Source: an uncultured Methanosarcinales archaeon
Lineage (GTDB): Archaea > Nanobdellota > Nanobdellia > Woesearchaeales > JABMPP01
Length of the DNA stretch: 55,356 bases
NCBI GenBank assembly: GCA_964604995.1
Contig: CAZSAD010000008.1
Coordinates: 1-55,356, forward strand
Reading direction: 5' to 3'
Shown here: positions 19,039 through 28,468 of the stretch, one piece after another
Layout: every line of letters starts with the position of its first letter
How positions within the stretch are numbered: the stretch's first letter is position 1
Notes under the pieces: model-generated
Told to the model about the DNA's origin: nothing
Databases searched by the model: none
The model's input: only the letters and a program-made list of their open reading frames with translations
Program-made: the position numbers and the translations under genes

Positions 19039-20139
19039 TTATAAATCCAATAAAACAGCTGCTATCCATGGGAAAACAACATTTACGTCGCTTTGGATTA
19101 TTTGATAATAACTTTTAGTTGATAATTTATCCCATGTAATTTTCTCTTTTCCGCCAGCTCCTGAATAAGAACCATAAGACATAGGAGAAGATCCTATTTC
19201 AATAAATCCTGCCCAGTCTCTAATTTTCCCATGGAGTTTAAGATCATGTTTTAATGATGGGACTACACAAATTGGAAAATCAGCAGAAATTCCTCCACCG
19301 AGTTGCAAAAATGCAATTGGGGCATCTTTGCTTTCTTCCATGTACCAATCATACATCAAATGGAAATATTCTAAACCAGTTTTCATTACATTAGGATCTA
19401 CGCAAACATCTCCTTTCTTTTTATGTGGACCATTATAAGTGTAGCTTGCAAAAATATTACCCATGGTTGAATCTTCAAAACCAGGAACAATAATTGGAAT
19501 ATTTTTTTCATAAGCTGCTTTTACCCAGCAATCATCTGGATTTGCCATTGGGTCTGGTTTAATTAAGCCTTCTTTAAACATTCTTCTAAAATATTCATGA
19601 GGAAAATATCTTTCTTTTTTAGCTGCAGCATCTTTCCACATTTTTAGTAAATGTGGTTCCATAATTCTTACACTTTCATCTTCAGGTAAAAATGTGTCTG
19701 TAATTCTTCTTAGACCAGCATCTCTTAATTCAGCTTCTTGGTCTGGAGTGATTTCAGTATATCTTGGAATATTAGCGTAGTGCGAATGGGCAACATAACG
19801 ATAATAAGATTCTTCATGATTAGCGCCAGTAGCTGAAACCAAATGGACTTTATTTTGTCTTATTAATTCAGCTAGCATTACACCAATTTGAAATGAGCTT
19901 AAAGCTCCAGCAAGTGTAACAACTATTTTGCCTCCATTTTTTAAATGGTTTTTTAACCACAAAGCAGCTTCCATAGTTGAGCCACCATTTGTATGGTTCA
20001 AAGTTCTTTTAGCAAATGCTGAAATAGGAGAATTTGTGTTTTTTATATTGGCACTTAATGTACCAGTAGTTTTATCGTTGTTAATAACTATAAGATTCCT
20101 AAGTTCTGGGGAAAGTTTGTTTAATGTGCTTTTTTTCAT
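19039..20139 (-). CDS. deoxyhypusine synthase-like protein (bacterial-type / homospermidine synthase-like)
   Basis: TGANHEE, LRRITDT, PGFEDSTMGN, QLGGGISADFPICVVP and YGSYSGAxxxEKITWDKL. Confidence 0.88.
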   Translation of the reverse strand: MKKSTLNKLSPELRNLIVINNDKTTGTLSANIKNTNSPISAFAKRTLNHTNGGSTMEAALWLKNHLKNGGKIVVTLAGALSSFQIGVMLAELIRQNKVHLVSATGANHEESYYRYVAHSHYANIPRYTEITPDQEAELRDAGLRRITDTFLPEDESVRIMEPHLLKMWKDAAAKKERYFPHEYFRRMFKEGLIKPDPMANPDDCWVKAAYEKNIPIIVPGFEDSTMGNIFASYTYNGPHKKKGDVCVDPNVMKTGLEYFHLMYDWYMEESKDAPIAFLQLGGGISADFPICVVPSLKHDLKLHGKIRDWAGFIEIGSSPMSYGSYSGAGGKEKITWDKLSTKSYYQIIQSDVNVVFPWIAAVLLDL

Positions 20140-20262
20140 TATAATCACCCATTAAACAATCAATGACTTATATTTAATAATCTTTTCATTTTAAAGAATA
20201 TCTTAAATCGTAAAAAATATCAAAACAAAGAAATACAAAAAATAAATAATTAAATTAAATAT

Positions 20263-20424
20263 TTACATTTGACCAGTTTGATTAAACTTAGTCATTAATT
20301 TTTCAATAACAATTTGTGGAGCATAACCTTTTTGTGCGCAGGCTCTTATGAATAAATCATATGTTGTCCTGTCGACATTGAAGTCAAGCTTCATTTTTTG
20401 CGGTCCTTTTGGAGTTGCTGCCAT
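20263..20424 (-). CDS. 53-aa ribbon-helix-helix-like protein (not in ORF track)
   Basis: MAATPKGPQKMKLDFNVDRTTYDLFIRACAQKGYAPQIVIEKLMTKFNQTGQM*; strong GAGGTGA SD; TATA box upstream. Confidence 0.8.
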   Translation of the reverse strand: MAATPKGPQKMKLDFNVDRTTYDLFIRACAQKGYAPQIVIEKLMTKFNQTGQM

Positions 20425-20556
20425 GAAATTCACCTCGCTAGTGTTAATAAAATATTATAATATTCTTTTGATATAATCAACAAAAGTTAGGGTGGATTTA
20501 TAAACTTGTTCATTATTGCTTATCATTATTAATAATTGAATATTTCAAGATACACC

Positions 20557-21300
20557 ATGAAACTATTTAAAATTGAATCGGGACATATAGAAAAAGACAA
20601 AGGTTCTGATAATATCTTAAATGAATTTGAAAAAATAAAACTTTCTGAGCTTGGAAATCTAATTTCCAAAACAATTGCAGATGAAACCACTAAATCTAAT
20701 GTTTTGCCTTACATTAAAAGTGCAGTGCAAAGTAATGAAAAGATTTGCGCATTAACTGGAGACCATTCAACAACTTTTGTTACAATAAAATCTATTGCAG
20801 AATGTAATTTGAATGTTGGGTTGATACTTTTCGATGCGCATCCTGATTGCAGAGAAGTTGTAGATGAAGATGAAGATTGGATAAGAAAACTTGTAAATAA
20901 AAAAATTGTAAGGCCTGAAAATATAATAATGATTGGAATTCGTGCAACAACTCCTGAAGAGATGGCATTTTTGAAAGCTAATAGAATAAAGTATTTTCCA
21001 ATGAAATATTTGCAGGATAATTCTTTAAATGAGTTTTGTGATACAGTCATGGAAAATGCAGTAAGATGGCAAGCAGTTTATATCTCAGTCGATATGGATG
21101 TTATTGATCCTGCTTTTGCGCCAGGTGTTGAAACATCTGAAGTTGGAGGATTGACACCTAGAGAAATTATTTATTTTATGCAAAGATTAAGAAATATTCG
21201 AAATGTTAAAATGTTAGATGTTGCAGAATTTATGCCATCTAAAGATTTAAATGAAATAACAGCTAAACTTGGTGCGAAAATAATATCGGAGTTTATGTGA
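20557..21300 (+). CDS. arginase/agmatinase (ureohydrolase) family protein
   Basis: GDHS, DAHPD, SVDMDVIDPAFAPG and GGLTPRE. Confidence 0.9.
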   Translation: MKLFKIESGHIEKDKGSDNILNEFEKIKLSELGNLISKTIADETTKSNVLPYIKSAVQSNEKICALTGDHSTTFVTIKSIAECNLNVGLILFDAHPDCREVVDEDEDWIRKLVNKKIVRPENIIMIGIRATTPEEMAFLKANRIKYFPMKYLQDNSLNEFCDTVMENAVRWQAVYISVDMDVIDPAFAPGVETSEVGGLTPREIIYFMQRLRNIRNVKMLDVAEFMPSKDLNEITAKLGAKIISEFM

Positions 21301-21348
21301 ATATCTATTATTTTTAATTAATTTATAAAAATCTTAAAAGGTGAGAAA

Positions 21349-22170
21349 ATGAAAAAACCCACTATAAAAAATCAAATAAATTTAATTTCAGGAGTATTTT
21401 TAGGATTATTGTTGGTATTTAGTTTATTATTGTTTAGTATTATTTTTTCTGGTTGTACAAAACAAGAAATTTTAAATAATGATCAACTTGAAAACAAAAC
21501 AGAACCAATTGTTGGCGGAGATAAAGATTCTCACGGATGTATTGGTTCAGCTGGTTATTTGTGGTGTGAAGAAAAACAAAAATGTTTAAGGCCATGGGAA
21601 GAAAATTGCACTACGCAGATAGTAGTTGAAAATAAAAATAAACATATTTGCACACAACAAGAAAGTTTGAATATTGCCTGCACTATGGATTATAATCCTG
21701 TATGCGGGGAAATTGTACTCAATGCTGGACAAATAACTTATCAAACATTTGGCAATGGATGTTCAGCTTGTGCAGCTATGAAAGTTGTGAGTTACACTCA
21801 GGGAGAATGTTTACCTGATAAACCCTTGGATACATGTTCAGATCAAAAAGGAAATTATTTGACATTAACAGAAGCGATAAATATTGCAAAATCTTCAGAA
21901 TGTGGCAATAATTTAATTGTTAGCTGTAATTGTCCAGAAGGTTATTCACAAAATGGGCAATATTGTAATCCAAATTGCTACAATTCAGTTCCTCAATGCG
22001 AACTTCCATCCACACAATGTGAAAAAACTTATTTTTGCAACGAAGGAACAGGAACATATTGGATTAATCTTAATACTACAAAACAAGGATGCAATCCTGC
22101 ATGCGTTATCAATGTAGAAACAAAAACGTCAGAAATAAATTGGAGATGCACGGGTTTGATTAACAATTAA
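21349..22170 (+). CDS. Cys-rich surface lipoprotein with Kazal-like module
   Basis: Signal peptide with FSGC; VGGDKDSHGCIGSAGYLWC module; ACTMDYNPVCG..TFGNGCSAC. Confidence 0.75.
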   Translation: MKKPTIKNQINLISGVFLGLLLVFSLLLFSIIFSGCTKQEILNNDQLENKTEPIVGGDKDSHGCIGSAGYLWCEEKQKCLRPWEENCTTQIVVENKNKHICTQQESLNIACTMDYNPVCGEIVLNAGQITYQTFGNGCSACAAMKVVSYTQGECLPDKPLDTCSDQKGNYLTLTEAINIAKSSECGNNLIVSCNCPEGYSQNGQYCNPNCYNSVPQCELPSTQCEKTYFCNEGTGTYWINLNTTKQGCNPACVINVETKTSEINWRCTGLINN

Positions 22171-22224
22171 AATATATTTTAAGAAAATCTATTTTATAAT
22201 CTATTTTTTATTTTAAAATTTATT

Positions 22225-23316
22225 TTAATCTAAACCCATTTCATTATCTTTCTTTTTTTCCGGTGCTTTGCCAGGTTTTAGGGCATACAAATTCGCATTA
22301 AGGTTTTTAGGATATTGTTTTTTTGGTTTGTTGTCTTTTGAGGCAATATTTACAAGTTCAAAAAATTTATTATAATCTATCCATGTTTTTTTATGCCATT
22401 TCTTTTTTGTAAGCAAGATTACTCTCGATGGAATATGCTCTGATTCATAAACATAGTTCGGTAAACATTTAAGAAGTTTTAGGCCAAATTCTTTTACTTC
22501 AATATGGTTTGGCATATTTTCACGATTTAATCTTTGCCTTGATGCGCCAACATGCATATATCCTTTTATTTCAATAAAATCGGGATTACCTTTTAAAATT
22601 AAATCTTTGTAACCTTCTAAATTTTTCATGTTAATATCTTTTACACATGTTAATCTAACTGCTGTTCTGTATTTTTTTTCTTTACAATACTCTAAACTTT
22701 GATTTAGTCTTTCCCAATAATCTGAAAATAAGGGAACATCAACTTTTTTTAGAGTTTCTTTATCTGGTGCATCTACACTTAGGTATAATTGTGTTACAGT
22801 TACTAAATTTTTTATTGCATCCGGATACTGAGCATTTGTCACAACAAAAGTCGAAATTCTTTTTTCATGAAACTTTTTTATTAATTCATTAAATTTTGGA
22901 TAAGTTATTGGTTCGCCAGTTAAAGATAATGCAACATGCGCTGGATTCTTGCTTTGTTCAAAAATAGATTTTTTTGTTTTAGGATTTCCACCAAAACCTG
23001 TTAATAATTTTTTCTGGGCTTTAAGAGAATTTTCAATTATAAAATCTGGTTCATCAATATCCCATTTCCATTCTTTACTTACTGGCGCTTTGTAATCTCT
23101 CCAGCAAAAGGTACATCTATTAGCGCAGCTAATACTGGTTGTCATTTGCAAGCATTGATGGCTTCTTATTCCATAAAATTTGAATTTGTAGCAGCCACCT
23201 TCTCCTCGAAGCATGTTTTTGGTCCAGCCACAAACTTTAACAGCACTATGGCCCCCTACAACTATGTAAGCTTGCTTTTCAAGTGCTTTTTTTGCTTCTA
23301 TTGTTAATTGTCCCAT
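22225..23316 (-). CDS. taw1: 4-demethylwyosine synthase Taw1/TYW1 (radical SAM)
   Basis: HSAVKVCGW, CYKFKFYGIRSHQC, CANRCTFCWR and ALSLTGEP. Confidence 0.96.
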   Translation of the reverse strand: MGQLTIEAKKALEKQAYIVVGGHSAVKVCGWTKNMLRGEGGCYKFKFYGIRSHQCLQMTTSISCANRCTFCWRDYKAPVSKEWKWDIDEPDFIIENSLKAQKKLLTGFGGNPKTKKSIFEQSKNPAHVALSLTGEPITYPKFNELIKKFHEKRISTFVVTNAQYPDAIKNLVTVTQLYLSVDAPDKETLKKVDVPLFSDYWERLNQSLEYCKEKKYRTAVRLTCVKDINMKNLEGYKDLILKGNPDFIEIKGYMHVGASRQRLNRENMPNHIEVKEFGLKLLKCLPNYVYESEHIPSRVILLTKKKWHKKTWIDYNKFFELVNIASKDNKPKKQYPKNLNANLYALKPGKAPEKKKDNEMGLD

Positions 23317-23436
23317 AAATTTAAAGAAAATATTTTACAATAAAAAGCTAATGAAATTTTTTAGAAATAACTAATTAAAATTTAACAAAAATAAAATTAA
23401 CTAAAATAAAAAATTGGGAAATAATATTAAATATCA

Positions 23437-24711
23437 TTATTTCATCTGTAAAACATCAAGTCCTGGATAAAGCTCAAAGCCGCTGCAAAGTTCAAGTATC
23501 TCTTGGTTGACTTTTTCAATAACTGCTTTATTTTCATAGCCTGCAATTACTTGTGCAATTCCTTCGGCTATTACTTTCATCTCACTCTCTTTAAATCCTC
23601 GAGTTGTAATAGCAGGGGTTCCAATTCTTATTCCAGACGGATTAAATGGGCTTGCGGGTTCATAAGGAATGGTATTCTTGTTCGTATAAATTCCTGCATC
23701 TTCTAAAGCTAATTGAACATCTTTTCCTTTTCCAATAAGATTTCTTCCCATACTTTTTGTTAAATCAATAACCATTAAATGATTATCAGTTCCATCAGTA
23801 ACAAGTTTTACTCCTTTTTTCATAAGTTCATCTGCCATAGCTTTTGCATTTTTTACAATTTGTCTGCCATAATCTTTGAATTCGGGTTGCAAAGCTTCAC
23901 CAAATGCAACTGCTTTTGCAGCAATAATATGTTCATGCGGACCTCCTTGCAATCCTGGAAAAATTGCTTTATCTATTGCTTTTGCATGTTTTTCTTTGCA
24001 CATAATCATTGCACCTCTTGGTCCACGCAGTGTTTTATGAGTTGTTGTTGTTACAACATCTGCATAAGGTATTGGACTTTCATGCACTCCAGAAACAATA
24101 AGGCCAGAAATATGTGATATGTCTGCCATATGAATTGCACCAATTTCATCTGCAATTTCTTGGAAAGCTTTGAAATCAAGTTTTCTTGGATAAGCAGTTA
24201 AACCTGAAATTATCATTTTTGGTTTTATTTCTTTTGCTTGTTTTCTAATCTCATCCATATTAATTAGTTCAGTTTCTTTTTCAACACCATAACTTTGTAT
24301 TTTAAACCATTTGCCAGAAAAATTCACAGGACTTCCATGAGTTAAATGTCCGCCGCATGATAAATCTAAGCCCATAAAAGTATCGCCAGGATTCATAAAC
24401 GCAAAAAAGCAAGCTAAATTTGCAGGGCTTCCTGAATAAGGTTGTACATTTACATGCTCAGCTCCAAAAAGTTCTTTTGCTCTTTGAATTGCCAAATCTT
24501 CAACCATATCTACATATTCATTTCCACCATAATATCTTTTGTGAGGATAGCCTTCACTATATTTATTTGTAAAGACAGATGACATTGCTTGCAAAACAGC
24601 CAATGAAACAAAATTTTCAGAGGGAATAAGTTCAACACCATGTCTTATTCTTATAAGTTCATTTTCCATAAACTGTGCTATCTGTGGATCTTTTTTCTTT
24701 AAATCTTCCAT
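23437..24711 (-). CDS. glyA: serine hydroxymethyltransferase, bacterial type (start may lie further upstream)
   Basis: ELIPSEN, NKYSEGYP, GGHLTHG, TTTTHKTLRGPRG and SGIRIGT. Confidence 0.97.
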   Translation of the reverse strand: MEDLKKKDPQIAQFMENELIRIRHGVELIPSENFVSLAVLQAMSSVFTNKYSEGYPHKRYYGGNEYVDMVEDLAIQRAKELFGAEHVNVQPYSGSPANLACFFAFMNPGDTFMGLDLSCGGHLTHGSPVNFSGKWFKIQSYGVEKETELINMDEIRKQAKEIKPKMIISGLTAYPRKLDFKAFQEIADEIGAIHMADISHISGLIVSGVHESPIPYADVVTTTTHKTLRGPRGAMIMCKEKHAKAIDKAIFPGLQGGPHEHIIAAKAVAFGEALQPEFKDYGRQIVKNAKAMADELMKKGVKLVTDGTDNHLMVIDLTKSMGRNLIGKGKDVQLALEDAGIYTNKNTIPYEPASPFNPSGIRIGTPAITTRGFKESEMKVIAEGIAQVIAGYENKAVIEKVNQEILELCSGFELYPGLDVLQMK

Positions 24712-24889
24712 AAAAGAATTTGAGTTGTTTATTGGATTATTTGCTTTGTCAGTTGTGATAGTTACCACCCAATTAAAACAAAATAACAATAAGATTTAAA
24801 TGTTTTATTGTTTTTTATTTTATTATTTAAAGAAGAAATTTATTAGAGAATTTATTAAGAAATTTAATTAGGTAGTTATTATATAATTT

Positions 24890-25543
24890 TTAAGGGGAAT
24901 TAGTTGCATTATAATGTTTTCTTTTGAATTCATAAACATCATCTATTGAAACAACAGGAATACTCATTTTATTAGCAAATTTTTGTAAGCTATCTGCCCA
25001 AAGCACTTTCCCCCATTTCTCTTTGTTATTTCCTGTATAAAATATTTCTTGTATAACTGCACCGAGTGGTTCTATTTCTGCAAATTTCACAATGTCAATT
25101 GATCCTTCAGTATGACCCGATCTTCCAAAAACTCCAGATGGATCTGCTCGAAGAGGGAAAGTGTGGCCTTTTCCTATTTTTAATTTAGTATAAGCAGCAT
25201 CAATTAAATATTTTACAACAGTGTTTCTGTCATATGCATTTATACCTGTGCCCTTTAAGGGATCAACAGATTTGGTAAAATTTGTTTTACTAGGGTTTGT
25301 TGAATTAGGATCATGCCATGGAATTTTTAAACTTTCAATCTGCTCAGGAGTCATTGCAACACAAAACAATCCTCCTGCACCAACATAATGTAAAAACTCA
25401 GAGACTTTTTCCTCTGTAGAAAACTTTGCAGCATACACAAGGTCTGCTTCCTTTTCGCGATTTTCATCAGTCATAATAATAAAATTACCTTTTCTTAATT
25501 CATCCAATGCTTTTTGTATCCTCATTTCGAAATCTTCTGGCAT
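24890..25543 (-). CDS. ribB: 3,4-dihydroxy-2-butanone 4-phosphate synthase
   Basis: DENREKEADL, FTKSVD, GHTFPL and RSGHTEGS. Confidence 0.88.
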   Translation of the reverse strand: MPEDFEMRIQKALDELRKGNFIIMTDENREKEADLVYAAKFSTEEKVSEFLHYVGAGGLFCVAMTPEQIESLKIPWHDPNSTNPSKTNFTKSVDPLKGTGINAYDRNTVVKYLIDAAYTKLKIGKGHTFPLRADPSGVFGRSGHTEGSIDIVKFAEIEPLGAVIQEIFYTGNNKEKWGKVLWADSLQKFANKMSIPVVSIDDVYEFKRKHYNATNSP

Positions 25544-25783
25544 GTATTATTTCACCTATTAATAATTTTGATTTTGTATTGATTAATACACTTTGACTGA
25601 CATGTATGGTTTAAGTTAGTACTCTCTATTTATTAATCTTTGCTAAGTAGTAACAATATTTAGTAATTATTATATTTAATAATTGTTATAATTACTATAC
25701 CCTATTAAAATACTTGTTTATATTCAAGAATCTTGGTTTATAAAATGGTAATATCCTTCTTTTTTAATAATTATAATTTTTAA

Positions 25784-26188
25784 TTAATCATCTAGACACA
25801 TGGATCCCCTTGAAATCGTTCCCATAATTACTTGTTTGACACAACCTGTAACTAAATCATTAGGATAACAAGTTCCAACTATATTTTCCAATGGACCTTT
25901 GGAAAGATTGGTCTTTTGTTCTTCAGTTAATGTTGGTGGAAAACAAACTCCACTTATGCATTGCCACCCATCAGTACATATTTCACCAGTTTCTTTATAT
26001 GACAAAAGACAAATTTTTTGCTCATCCGACCATTGCCCGCCAACGCTTTCGCAAGATTGTTTATCTTTCTGTGGATGATGCTCTGGCAGGGATGAATAGA
26101 GAAAACCTAAAGCAATCCCAAATAAAATAATAACTGCAAGGATTATAAAAATAAACATTAATATTCTTGGTGTACTTTGTTTTTGCAT
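25784..26188 (-). CDS. membrane-anchored Cys-rich hypothetical protein
   Basis: N-terminal TM helix; CESVGGQW and CTDGWQCISGVC. Confidence 0.7.
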   Translation of the reverse strand: MQKQSTPRILMFIFIILAVIILFGIALGFLYSSLPEHHPQKDKQSCESVGGQWSDEQKICLLSYKETGEICTDGWQCISGVCFPPTLTEEQKTNLSKGPLENIVGTCYPNDLVTGCVKQVIMGTISRGSMCLDD

Positions 26189-26258
26189 ATTGATATATTA
26201 AAGTTACTTAAGAATATATAGTTTTGGGTGATAATTATCAATAAAGCATAACTTAAAT

Positions 26259-26735
26259 ATGTCGGGACATTTAATAAGATTCATGGTTCGTAAAATCAGA
26301 AAAAGGAATGTAATTGCTTTTTGGCTTGCAGTAATCTCCTCCCTATTCTTGTTCCTATCAGGGACTACGGGTGTTTCAGATTGGATTAAAATAGAAGATA
26401 CTGTCTTAAAATATGCTAATTTTACTTTTATAAATACTTTATTTATTTTGGTGATGATTGTTGCTTCTTTTGGTTGCATTGCAATACTAATTGGAGGTAT
26501 TTTAATTTTAAAGGAAAAAGTTTTTTTGGGAGATTTATTAATATCATTAGGATCAGGTGCTGGATTAATAAGTTTTTTCTTCAATCTGTTCATTTTAATT
26601 ATTACTTTTAATTTTTCAATATATTCTTATTTATCCTTTTCTTCATTAGGTGTGATATTTGCTTTATCTGCACGAATTTTTTCAGGTAATAATAAGAAAA
26701 GGTGGTGGTATAAACTATTTATAAAATCGTCTTAA
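26259..26735 (+). CDS. hypothetical 4-TM membrane protein
   Basis: Four hydrophobic segments; GGILI and GSGAG turns. Confidence 0.7.
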   Translation: MSGHLIRFMVRKIRKRNVIAFWLAVISSLFLFLSGTTGVSDWIKIEDTVLKYANFTFINTLFILVMIVASFGCIAILIGGILILKEKVFLGDLLISLGSGAGLISFFFNLFILIITFNFSIYSYLSFSSLGVIFALSARIFSGNNKKRWWYKLFIKSS

Positions 26736-26892
26736 ACTAACAGATAGTTTATATTTTTGAAGACATATATTTTATGTGAGCAGGGTTTAACTGTTATAGT
26801 AATAATTAGGTAATTAATACAGTCATAATTTTAAAATATAAAAAACTTAAATAAAACATAAATTCTAATAACTTTACAATGTTTTAATAAAA

Positions 26893-27840
26893 TTAGCGTG
26901 CATTTGCTTTAGCTTTTGTTTTCTTGTAATTTTGATGTTGAAAAATAAGCATTGTTACTGCAAATATCATAACAGCTGCACTAATTATTTGAATTGGTGA
27001 TAATATAATACCATTAACTAAATAATCCAAAAACAGTGCAGAAATTGGGAAAAATAATTCACATATTGTTGAAACTGTAGCATTGACATTTTTTAGGCCA
27101 TAAAAATAAAGGAACATTGCACCAATTCCAGTTGTTAAAGGTATTATCCAAAATATCATCCAAATTTTTGAGCTTAAATTTAATATCAACAGTAATTTAG
27201 GGTAATTAAAAATTAAGTAAAAAAACATTAGTAATGAAGTAATCCCATATCTGTAATAAGTTACAGTAACAAAATCCAATTTAGTTGCTATCTTTTTTCC
27301 AAAAACGGTTCCAACTGCAAAAGAAAATGCTGCTAAGACTGCAAGCAATGCTGCAATAATTGTATTTTTGTCTGCATTGACATTTGGCAGATTAAATCCA
27401 AAAGTTAGAAAATAACTTGCTATAACTCCAATTGTTGCCCATAATGCAAAGTTTTTCCCAGTTTTTTCTTTTAAGATAACTATTGCTAAAAGTATTACGA
27501 AAATTGGTTGGAGTTTTTGTAAAAGCAAAACTATTGACAATGCTTTAAACTGCAATAAAGATAATGCTTTTACAATTGTAAGTGTTCCAATTACTCCTCC
27601 AAAAAATGATGTTAGAAATAAAGCAACAAAATCTTCAGTTACTAAATTCTTTATTTTATACACCCTATTAAAGAAAAATAAGTTTAAAATTATAAAACCT
27701 AAAAAGTGAACCATAAAAACAATTAATGTTATTGGCAAACTAAATAAATTTGGCATTAATACTATTCCTTCAAAAGCCCAGAGAAATGCTGCAATTATTA
27801 TTGCACTAACTGATATCACAAAAATATTCTTTTTCCCCAT
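26893..27840 (-). CDS. EamA/DMT family transporter
   Basis: Ten TM segments; AAFLWA, QKLQPIF..ILKEK and YFYGLK. Confidence 0.9.
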   Translation of the reverse strand: MGKKNIFVISVSAIIIAAFLWAFEGIVLMPNLFSLPITLIVFMVHFLGFIILNLFFFNRVYKIKNLVTEDFVALFLTSFFGGVIGTLTIVKALSLLQFKALSIVLLLQKLQPIFVILLAIVILKEKTGKNFALWATIGVIASYFLTFGFNLPNVNADKNTIIAALLAVLAAFSFAVGTVFGKKIATKLDFVTVTYYRYGITSLLMFFYLIFNYPKLLLILNLSSKIWMIFWIIPLTTGIGAMFLYFYGLKNVNATVSTICELFFPISALFLDYLVNGIILSPIQIISAAVMIFAVTMLIFQHQNYKKTKAKANAR

Positions 27841-27892
27841 AAATTTATTTTTAGATTTTCTTATTAATAAAGCTTGGTAAATTTAGAAAATA

Positions 27893-28468
27893 TTATTTTT
27901 TACAAGGGATAATCTTTTTTTCTGTGACAATAAAATCAAGTGCAACATCACTTTTACCTTGGGGTAAAATTTCACTTGAAATTTGTATCTCAAAACCCAG
28001 GCCTACTTTTGGACAATTAATCCATCTTAAAAATTTATCAAAATAACCTTTGCCGTATCCTATTCTATTCCCCTTTTTATCAAATGCAACTCCAGGTATT
28101 ATTATTAAATCTATTTTATCTTTTGGAACTTCAATAATTACTTTTGGCTCTAAAATATTAAACATTCCAAGTTTTAATTCATCAAAATTTTCAATTAAAG
28201 AAGGGATAATTTTTTCTTTAGTAGTATGCGGAACACAGATTTTCTTCTCTTTTAATTTTCCATTTAAAATTTCTTTCATTATTTCATGTGTACAAACTTC
28301 ACTTCCTTTAGAAGTATAAATGAGAATTGTTTTTGAAGTTTTGAACTGTTGCATAGAATATAAATTTCTTTTAATTTGCAAGCTTAATTCTTGTATTTGT
28401 TTTTCATTTAAAATATTTCTTTGAGCTAAAAATTTCTCTCTTATTTCTTTTTTAATTTTCTTGCCCAT
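27893..28468 (-). CDS. 5-formyltetrahydrofolate cyclo-ligase
   Basis: DLIIIPGVAFDKKGNRIGYGKGYFD. Confidence 0.95.
   Translation of the reverse strand: MGKKIKKEIREKFLAQRNILNEKQIQELSLQIKRNLYSMQQFKTSKTILIYTSKGSEVCTHEIMKEILNGKLKEKKICVPHTTKEKIIPSLIENFDELKLGMFNILEPKVIIEVPKDKIDLIIIPGVAFDKKGNRIGYGKGYFDKFLRWINCPKVGLGFEIQISSEILPQGKSDVALDFIVTEKKIIPCKK

Noticed and set aside
24712..24789. N-terminal extension or non-AUG start of GlyA
   Set aside because: An SD-like GGGTGG precedes an in-frame ATC, but the ATG at 24711 gives a normal-length protein; cannot be resolved from sequence alone.
25544..25783. FMN riboswitch or operator upstream of ribB
   Set aside because: No FMN aptamer consensus; the inverted repeat TAGTAATTAT/ATAATTACTA is almost all A/T and could be chance.
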